Below are positions 55,126-63,200 of a stretch of DNA of 64,000 nucleotides, piece by piece. This stretch comes from Candidatus Bathyarchaeota archaeon (GTDB lineage Archaea; Thermoproteota; Bathyarchaeia; Bathyarchaeales; Bathyarchaeaceae). The DNA lies in assembly GCA_037386545.1 (NCBI GenBank), contig JARRLY010000011.1:998-64997 (forward strand), in the 5' to 3' direction. The first letter of the stretch is position 1, and every line of letters starts with the position of its first letter. A program made the translations under genes and the position numbers. A model generated the notes under the pieces. The model ran no database searches, was not told the origin of the DNA, and saw only the letters and a program-made list of their open reading frames with translations.

Positions 55126-56172
55126 TTAGCAGATTCTTGGTATAGGATCGCCAACGGGAGGGGCTAGGATTCGTTTTCCACCTACTACAGTTTCCAGAAC
55201 AACTTCAGAAAAGTCACAGGTTGCCTCGCCGATTATCTGGGCGTTCTTTCCGTATTTGGTTTCTTTAAGAATGGACAAAATTTCTTCAGCTTTTTCTGGA
55301 ACAACACCCACAAGCACCTTGCCTTCATTACCAATTTCGAGGGGGTCTAAACCAAGCATTTCGCACGCCGCTCTAACATCACCCCGAACAGGGATGTTTG
55401 ACTCGTGAACCATCAAACCCACTTTGGATTTTTGGCTCCATTCATTCAAGGAGTTAGATAAACCGCCACGGGTTGGGTCTTTCATGGCTACGATTCCGCC
55501 AACTTCAAGAATTTTCTGTATTGTTTTGTTTAAAGGTGCAACATCAGAAACTATGTTACTTCCAAAGTTGTAGCCTTCTTGCGCAGACAAAACAGTTATT
55601 CCATGGTCACCAACAGTGCCAGAAACAATGAGTTTGTCGCCTTCACATACATTAGAATCCAATAACCATCGGTGATCGAAACTTCGGTATTTTTTTACTT
55701 CAGAAATGTTGTGCTCCAAGGCTTCATTTCGTTTTCCGATACCAGACGTGTTGATTAAACATCCACCAAAACCGCTTTTTTCAATTACTTTTGTGTCACC
55801 TGTAACTACATGGACTCCTGCTTCTTCACAGGCCTGTTTCATACCTTGTAAGATTTTGTCTAGATCAGAGATTGGCAGCCCTTCCTCTAAGACCATTCCA
55901 CATGTAAGAGCTATAGGTTGGGCGCCTATCATTGAGATGTCATTTACTGTGCCTGCGATGGATAAGCGTCCGATGTCGCCTCCTGGAAAGAATAAAGGTT
56001 TCACTGCGTGAGAGTCTGATTTCAAAACTATGTTGTCGACTACTGCAGAGTCGTCAAGGGCTTCGAGGGGAATTTCGGCGTTGCTTCCGCCAAGATATTT
56101 GACTATGTGATTTTTTATTATGTCGCCCATGACTGTGCCACCTGCGCCGTGTGCCATAGTTATGCGTTCCAT
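55126..56172 (-). CDS. hypE: Hydrogenase maturation protein HypE
   Basis: PurM-like fold (MAHGAGG, DDSAV) and the canonical C-terminal PRIC. Confidence 0.95.
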   Translation of the reverse strand: MERITMAHGAGGTVMGDIIKNHIVKYLGGSNAEIPLEALDDSAVVDNIVLKSDSHAVKPLFFPGGDIGRLSIAGTVNDISMIGAQPIALTCGMVLEEGLPISDLDKILQGMKQACEEAGVHVVTGDTKVIEKSGFGGCLINTSGIGKRNEALEHNISEVKKYRSFDHRWLLDSNVCEGDKLIVSGTVGDHGITVLSAQEGYNFGSNIVSDVAPLNKTIQKILEVGGIVAMKDPTRGGLSNSLNEWSQKSKVGLMVHESNIPVRGDVRAACEMLGLDPLEIGNEGKVLVGVVPEKAEEILSILKETKYGKNAQIIGEATCDFSEVVLETVVGGKRILAPPVGDPIPRIC

Positions 56173-56319
56173 GAACTATTCCTCAACAAAGACTGCAAAC
56201 AGACGTTTTTAAACACTACCAAAATCTAACATAAGTGGCAAGGTTTATAACCGCTCACGGGACCTAATTTTCAACCAAAAGGATGAATTCTCCTTTTAAT
56301 TTAGATAAACATATTTCAG

Positions 56320-56553
56320 GTGGGTAAAAAAACGCCCATAAAGTTGCTCAAAAAAGAAGACCCCAACAAACTTTTTGTAGAGAGGATTTTGCACGCCAAA
56401 AACTACTGTATTACTTTGGACAAAAACAAGTGCAAGGGTTGTGGAATTTGTGAGCAGATTTGTCCCCGAGAAGCTATTGAAACAATAAAGGCAGAAAAGA
56501 AAAAAGGTGAAAAAGCAAAAAAGCCCACAGTGAACATTAATGAAACAAGTTGA
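56320..56553 (+). CDS. Small 4Fe-4S ferredoxin-domain ORF (possibly the N-terminus of the next gene)
   Basis: CKGCGICEQICP. It ends 14 nt after the next ORF's ATG. Confidence 0.55.
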   Translation: MGKKTPIKLLKKEDPNKLFVERILHAKNYCITLDKNKCKGCGICEQICPREAIETIKAEKKKGEKAKKPTVNINETS

Positions 56554-57130
56554 CCAAAGCAAATGCAATGCAGATTGTAAAGAGCTTGAGCAGGTTTGTC
56601 CGTTAAATTTGATTCACGTTAATGTTCAAACTGCAGATGGAAAAGAAGTTACAGATTTGAGTAAAATATCAAGCAAAGATAGTCTTCAGGTTAAAGTAGA
56701 AATCGACACGGATTCTTGTCCTTGTTGTGGCCTTTGTGAAACTGAAGTTACAAACAGTCCAATTCATGTTGAAAAAATGTTCAAAGGAAAACTAAAGATT
56801 GATCCCAAAAAATGTCCAGAAGGTTGTAGTGATTGCGTGGATGTGTGTCCGATTCCAGGTGTTTTGTGTTTGTCTGATTCTGGAAAGGTTGAGGTTAACG
56901 AGCAGAATTGTGTTTATTGTGGGGTTTGCAAAATGGTTTGTCCAAACGAAGAGGCTTTGACCTTGGAGCGAACACAAATTTGTCATACTCCAGTTCGTTC
57001 AGGGGCGTGGAACAATGCTTTGGAGACGTTGGCGTCTGTTCGAGCGGTGACTAAAGAGTTACAAACAAAAAGTACAAAGCGCCGAAAACAATCTGTAGAG
57101 AACAGGTTCCCAAAGGAGGAAAAAAAGTAG
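56540..57130 (+). CDS. Polyferredoxin-like iron-sulfur protein
   Basis: CNADCKELEQVCP, CPCCGLCE, CPEGCSDCVDVCP and CVYCGVCKMVCP motifs. It lies immediately upstream of hdrA. Confidence 0.65.
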   Translation: MKQVDQSKCNADCKELEQVCPLNLIHVNVQTADGKEVTDLSKISSKDSLQVKVEIDTDSCPCCGLCETEVTNSPIHVEKMFKGKLKIDPKKCPEGCSDCVDVCPIPGVLCLSDSGKVEVNEQNCVYCGVCKMVCPNEEALTLERTQICHTPVRSGAWNNALETLASVRAVTKELQTKSTKRRKQSVENRFPKEEKK

Positions 57131-59545
57131 TTGTCTGAAGAGACCAGAATTGGTGTCTTTGTTTGCCATTGTGGTTTGAACATTGCTGGCGTAATTGACA
57201 TGAAAGAGTTGACCGATTACGCCAAAACATTGCCTAATGTTGTTATGGCCACAGATAACCGGTACACCTGTGCCGACCCCGGACAAGAAGAAATCCGAAA
57301 AGCCATCAAAGAACACGACTTAAACCGTGTGGTTGTTGCGGCTTGTTCTCCTCGTATGCATGAACCCACCTTTCGACGAACAGTTTCTGATGCGGGTTTG
57401 AATCCTTACTTGTTTGAAATGGCAAACATTCGGGAGTTTTCTTCTTGGTGTCACGGCAGTGACCCCAAAGGTGCAACGGAAAAAGCCAAAGAAATAGTGA
57501 AAATGGCAGTTGCCAAGGCGAGGTTGTTAAAGGACCTTAAAACTATGGAGGTTCCCGTTACAAACCAAGCCCTAATAATTGGGGGAGGAATTGCTGGGAT
57601 TTGTTCTGCGTTGGACCTTGCTGACATGGGCTACAAAGTTTACCTGCTAGAAAAAACTGAAAGCATCGGCGGTCATATGGCGGCGTTGGATAAAACGTTT
57701 CCAACTTTGGATTGTTCTATTTGTATTGAGGGTCCAAAGATGGTTGATGTTTATCGTCACCCAAACATTGAGATTATTTCGTTTGCTGATCTTGTGAGTG
57801 TGGAGGGGTTTGTTGGTAATTTTAAGGTTAAAATAAAAAAGAAGCCCCGTTGTGTTATTGCTGAAAAATGCACGGGTTGTGGAGAATGCCGAGATGTTTG
57901 TCCTATTGAAATTCCGAACGATTGGGATGAGAGTTTAGGGGTTCGTAAGGCGATTTCTGTTCCCTTTGATCAGGCGGTTCCGTTGGTTTACACGGTTAAC
58001 CGTGATTACTGTATTGAGTGCTACAAGTGTGTGGATGCATGTGGTGCTCGTGAGGCCATTAATTTTGACCAACCCGAAGAAGAAATAGAACTTGAAGTAG
58101 GAACGATCATTGTTTCTACAGGTTTTGACGTTTACAAACCATATCAAGACACTCAATACGGTTACGGCAGGTTTGACAATGTGATAACAGCAATGGAGTT
58201 TGAGCGTCTGATTTTAGCTGCAGGCCCTACGGAGGGTAAGGTTATTCGGGCTTCGGATGGTAAAAAGCCTCATTCGGTGTCTTTTATTCAGTGTGTGGGT
58301 TCGCGGGACATTAATCGGTACGAGTATTGTTCGGGTTTTTGTTGCATGTATGCCATAAAAAATGCAGTGCTGTTGAAAGAGAAGTATCGTGATGATGTTG
58401 AGGTTAACATTTTCTATTTGGATATGCGCACGAACTTTAAGGGTTATGAGCAGTTCTATCGCCGAGCTCGTGAGCTTGGAGTAAATTTTATTCAAGGTAA
58501 AGTCGCCCAAGTAGAAGAAATTCCCGAAAGCAAGAATTTGTTGCTTCGTGCCGAAGACAGCATGCTTGGTGATCCCATAGAAGTCGAGTCAGAAATGGTT
58601 GTTTTGAGCACTGCGGCGATTCCAAGCCAAGGAACCGAAGAAGTTGCTAGAATTTTAAGCGTAACACGGGGCACAGATGGGTTCTTCATGGAAAGTCACC
58701 CCAAACTAAAACCTTTAGACACTCCTGTTGATGGAATCTTTTTGGCTGGTGCTTGTCAAGGTCCAAAAGACATTCCATATTCGGTGGCGCAGGGTAGTGG
58801 TGCTGCGGCTCGGGCGGCTACGATTCTTTCTCAGAATACTTGGAAGATAGAGCCAATCATCGCCGAAGTTGACCCAGACAAGTGTATCAAGTGTGGAATC
58901 TGTTCGACGGTTTGTCCGTACAGTGCCATAGAAGGAGAAAAAGGCAAAATTGCTGAGGTTACAGCGGCTATGTGTCACGGTTGTGGCACCTGTGTTGCTG
59001 AGTGCCCTGTGGATGCGATTACTCAGAAGCATTTCACGGATGAGCAAATTAAAGCCCAGATAGATGCTGCGTTGGAAACGAACCCTGAAGGCAAGATTCT
59101 TGGGTTTTTGTGTAACTGGTGCAGTTATGCCGGAGCTGACCTTGCAGGAACAAGTCGATTTGAGTATCCGCCTCATATGAGAGCAATACGGGTCATGTGT
59201 GCAGGAAGAGTGGACAAAGATTTTGTGCTAGAAGCCTTCAGGCAAGGTGCGGCTATGGTTATGGTAGGGGCTTGTCATTTGCCTTTTGACTGCCATTATA
59301 TTTCAGGTAATGTTCAGATGACTAAACGGATGAAATCTTTGTCGAAGGTTTTGCAAAAAATTGGAATGAGCAAAGAACGCCTCAGAGTAGAATACATTTC
59401 CGCAGCAGAAGGAGTCAAATTTGCCCAAGTCATGAAAGAAATGACCGAACAAATGCAATCCTTAGGTGCAGAAAAAATTAAAGCCGAAAACGAGAAAATG
59501 CGTCCCAAATTAGAAAAGATGCTTTCAAAAAACAAAAATAATTAG
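57131..59545 (+). CDS. hdrA: Heterodisulfide reductase subunit A fused to a C-terminal MvhD-like domain (804 aa)
   Basis: IGVFVCHCGLNIAG, IIGGGIAGICSAL, IQCVGSRD and CIKCGICSTVCP/CHGCGTCVAECP. The C-terminus then carries ILGFLCNWCSYAGADLAG...IRVMCAGRV...MVGACHLPFDCHY. Confidence 0.9.
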   Translation: MSEETRIGVFVCHCGLNIAGVIDMKELTDYAKTLPNVVMATDNRYTCADPGQEEIRKAIKEHDLNRVVVAACSPRMHEPTFRRTVSDAGLNPYLFEMANIREFSSWCHGSDPKGATEKAKEIVKMAVAKARLLKDLKTMEVPVTNQALIIGGGIAGICSALDLADMGYKVYLLEKTESIGGHMAALDKTFPTLDCSICIEGPKMVDVYRHPNIEIISFADLVSVEGFVGNFKVKIKKKPRCVIAEKCTGCGECRDVCPIEIPNDWDESLGVRKAISVPFDQAVPLVYTVNRDYCIECYKCVDACGAREAINFDQPEEEIELEVGTIIVSTGFDVYKPYQDTQYGYGRFDNVITAMEFERLILAAGPTEGKVIRASDGKKPHSVSFIQCVGSRDINRYEYCSGFCCMYAIKNAVLLKEKYRDDVEVNIFYLDMRTNFKGYEQFYRRARELGVNFIQGKVAQVEEIPESKNLLLRAEDSMLGDPIEVESEMVVLSTAAIPSQGTEEVARILSVTRGTDGFFMESHPKLKPLDTPVDGIFLAGACQGPKDIPYSVAQGSGAAARAATILSQNTWKIEPIIAEVDPDKCIKCGICSTVCPYSAIEGEKGKIAEVTAAMCHGCGTCVAECPVDAITQKHFTDEQIKAQIDAALETNPEGKILGFLCNWCSYAGADLAGTSRFEYPPHMRAIRVMCAGRVDKDFVLEAFRQGAAMVMVGACHLPFDCHYISGNVQMTKRMKSLSKVLQKIGMSKERLRVEYISAAEGVKFAQVMKEMTEQMQSLGAEKIKAENEKMRPKLEKMLSKNKNN

Positions 59546-59555
59546 CAGATTATTT

Positions 59556-59981
59556 TTAGAAAAAGGTGTTGAAGTATCGTTTTGCTAGAAAACGGATTCG
59601 TTCAGCGTTTCTGCCATTTTTGCCGATGGCAACGCCTTTGTCTTTGGGGTTAACAGAAATAACTGCGATCTTTTTTCCATCCATCCGCTCAGTTATTCGC
59701 ACTTCATCCACTTTTGCGGGTTTTAGTGCATTCTTGATGAACTGGGCAGGATTTTCAGAGTGTTCAATGACTTCATGTTTTTTGCCAGTCATTTTCTCTA
59801 GTTGATGGATGTTTTTGCCTCGCTTGCCGATGGCCATACCAATTGAACCTTCTTTTACAACAAAGATGATTCTGTTAAGGTCGTCGTCAACTATGCAGTC
59901 CTTTACTGTTGCACCAGTTATGCTTTGAAAAAGGGCGATATAACGCATTTCAACACTTGTCAGCTTGATTCCAGAAGCCAT
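59556..59981 (-). CDS. nusA: Archaeal NusA-like transcription factor (two KH domains)
   Basis: AIGKRGKNIHQLE and AIGKNGRNAERI GxxG loops in a 141-aa protein, in the conserved position after rpl30e. Confidence 0.85.
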   Translation of the reverse strand: MASGIKLTSVEMRYIALFQSITGATVKDCIVDDDLNRIIFVVKEGSIGMAIGKRGKNIHQLEKMTGKKHEVIEHSENPAQFIKNALKPAKVDEVRITERMDGKKIAVISVNPKDKGVAIGKNGRNAERIRFLAKRYFNTFF

Positions 59982-59986
59982 TCACT

Positions 59987-60289
59987 TTATTCCTCCGTAA
60001 TTTTTAGAATCTGTGAGTCACCAGGATCTTTAACCGTCAAAACACAAATCGCAAAAGGTTTACCACACAAGGCACCTAAGTCAGTGCTCTCGCCTTTAAA
60101 CGTGTATGCCGGAATTTCAGCAAGGGTACAATATTCTTCAATCTCTGCTTTAATGTCAGCAGGACAGTTAGAAGCAAACAAAATCATTTTGGCCTTTTTT
60201 GCTTGGGCATTTTTTCGTGCGCTGTTTGCTCCAATTTGAATTCTGCCAGTTTTTGCAGTTGTTGTTATTGCTTTGTTGATGTCTATCAT
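59987..60289 (-). CDS. rpl30e: Ribosomal protein L30e
   Basis: A 100-aa protein with TGRIQIGANSARKNAQAKKAKMILFASNCP...LGALCGKPFAICVLTV, in the conserved rpoA-rpl30e-nusA order. Confidence 0.85.
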   Translation of the reverse strand: MIDINKAITTTAKTGRIQIGANSARKNAQAKKAKMILFASNCPADIKAEIEEYCTLAEIPAYTFKGESTDLGALCGKPFAICVLTVKDPGDSQILKITEE

Positions 60290-63200
60290 TGTTTTTTCTT
60301 CTCTTTGTTGTTTGTTGGTGTCATGTAAAGATCAACTAGACCAGTTCCGATGGGTATCGATTGGCCAACTATAACGTTTTCGGTTACTCCTTTCAAGGGG
60401 TCATTTGAACCTTTGATCGCTGCATCAACAAGGTTTGGCACTGTAATCTCAAAGGCAGCACGGGCCAATACACTGGATTTCTTTCCGCTGATTCCGTGAC
60501 GTCCGATTTGTCTAACGTTACCTGTTGAAGTCATGATGTCTGCCATCAACATAACGTGCCGAATATCAACGTCCAGTCCTTGTTCTTCAAGAACGCCCAT
60601 AGCTTCTTTCATCAAAGAGTTCCTGGCAGCTTCGATTCCAAGGGTTTCAGCGATTTCGTGAACGTTGTTTGTTGTTGTTCTTGTTGGGTCAATACCTGAA
60701 ACATCCAAAACAGCAGACAAGTTAGAGCCGTCTGTTCGGATAACCCATTCACCAGTTTCTTCAGTAACCAGAACCCTACGGATATCAGGAACACCTTTAA
60801 TGTGTTGCGAGGACAACTTGGCTACTAGTTTGCTCATGTCTACTTCTTTGTTGGGAGTAAAGATCAAACGGTTTCCGTCAAGACTAACATCATAACGAGT
60901 CATTCGTATTACGTCAGGCAGTCCTTCAACATCTACACATCGTTCTTTACAAAGTTCGGGGTCAAGTTCTATAGCAACTACTTCAGATTCTGGGTCAATG
61001 TAAGGTTCAGATGCTGCAACATCAGCTAATGTAGTAGTTATGATGTCACGGGCAATTTCGGTGGCTTTTTCTTTGCTTTTTCGGTGTTCTTTGTCTAGGT
61101 AGATGTTCATGACAGGGGTAGATGGCTTTCTACGAGCGTCAACTATCTCGATAAGCCTAGGCAAACCAAGAGTAACGTTTTGTTCTCGGACACCCGCATA
61201 GTGGAAAGTACGCAATGTCATCTGGGTACCAGGCTCACCAATCGATTGTGCAGCAACAATACCCACAGCTTCTCCTGGCTCAACCAGTGCACGTTTGTAG
61301 TTTTCTAAGGTTAAACTAATAGCTTTATCAACACCCGTTTTACCAAACTTTGACCTTTTTAGCTCGTTTTTAAGCTCAGAAACCAAAAGTGGAGTCAAGC
61401 TATCTTCAACTTCGCTGAGTTGCTCCATGACATAATCTTTGGAGGCAGATTTTTCCTTTTCCACCATGATTCCAACTTGGTCAACTATTCGGCTAACGTT
61501 TACCGCAAGACCGTGATCACTTTTAGCAGGGTCAACTCCGTCTTCTCCATATGTGATTTGAATTATATCACCAGTTGAATTACGTACAGTTCCATCGTAT
61601 TCAACTCTTAGTTGCTCAAGGGCGTTAATCAGTCGTCTTTGCATGTAACCACTCTGCTGAGTTCGGACGGCAGTGTCTACCAGACCTTCTCTGCCACCCA
61701 TGGCGTGGAAGAAGTATTCGATGGGGTCTAACCCAGTTTGGTAAGAGTTGTAAACAAACCCTCGTGCTCGAGGAGTGGGGTCACCTTCTTTAAAGTGAGA
61801 CAAAGCACGATTAACATAACCTCGCATGATACGTTTTCCGCGTACGGCTTGTTGACCTACGCAGGCAGTCATCTGACCGATGTTAAGGTTGGAGCCTCTG
61901 GCTCCAGTTCGGGTCATGATGATTCCAGAGTTTTCAAGTTCAAAATCTTCGTCTGCGACTTTTCCTGCTTTGTCTCGGGCTTCTGCAAGTTCGTTCATAA
62001 CGTAAAGCTCAAAGGATTCATTGAGAGTTTGACCTGGAAGACGTGGAAGAGTGCCAGAACGATAGTCAGCGATTAGGTCTTCGATACGTTTTTCGATTTT
62101 GTTCATGTTTCGGCGAATCTTCTTTCGTGCCGAGTCAGAGAGTTCAAGTTCATCATAAGAATAAGTAAATCCACGCATTCCAATGAATACTTTCAAGACC
62201 TGACAAATGTTGTTAAGGAATTTTCGTCCAGCTTCAGAGCCATAATCTTTGATTATTCGGTGAAGCAAACTGTCAGATTGTTCAGCTCCGATAGAACGCC
62301 TATCGATTAGACCACATTTGAGAATTCCGTTTTTAACAACTACATAAGCGTCGTGTTCACATTTTTCGCCTAAACAGGTTTTGCAGTTTCGGCAAATTGT
62401 TGATTTTAGAACATAGTTCAAGTCCTTTGGAAGGTAAAGACTAAAGATCTGTTTTCCAGTCCACAAAGGTTGGGGTTCTTTAACTGTGGGTTCAGGTAAT
62501 GGACCATCAAAACCAGAAGCCACAATTAATCTACAGACTTCGTCTTTTGTTAAATAGCTTCCTTTTCGAGTGAACAAGTAAGAGCCAGTGATATAGTCTC
62601 GTATAGCACCGATTATTGGACCACCAAACCTTGGAGACAGAATCTGGTCTTGCACCTGCATTAGCATACGTGCTTCAGTTTGAGCCTCTTCACCCTGAGG
62701 AAGGTGAAGATTCATTTCGTCACCGTCAAAGTCCGCGTTGTAAGGAGGACAAACACACAAATGCAACCTAAAGGTCTTATGGGGTAAAATCCGCGCATAA
62801 TGAGCCATAATTGACATCCGGTGAAGTGAAGGCTGTCGGTTAAAGATTGCAATGTCACCGTCCATAAGATGGCGTTCCACAACGAATCCGGTTTCTAAAG
62901 TTTCTGCAACTTTATCGCGTTCAATAACGAACTCCAATCGGACACGTTTTCCGTCAGGTCGCACAACATAAAGGGCACCTGGGAACTTTTGTGGACCATT
63001 GATAATTAGTTCACGCATTTGTTCAATGTTCCAAACAGTAACTTTTTCTGGCATAGACAAACGCATAGCGATTGCTTGAGGAACTCCAACTTCGTTGATG
63101 TCAAGATTAGGGTCAGGTGAAATAACTGTACGAGCAGAAAAGTCTACACGTTTTCCAGAGAGGTTGCTTCGGAATCGACCTTCTTTTCCTTTCAAACGTT

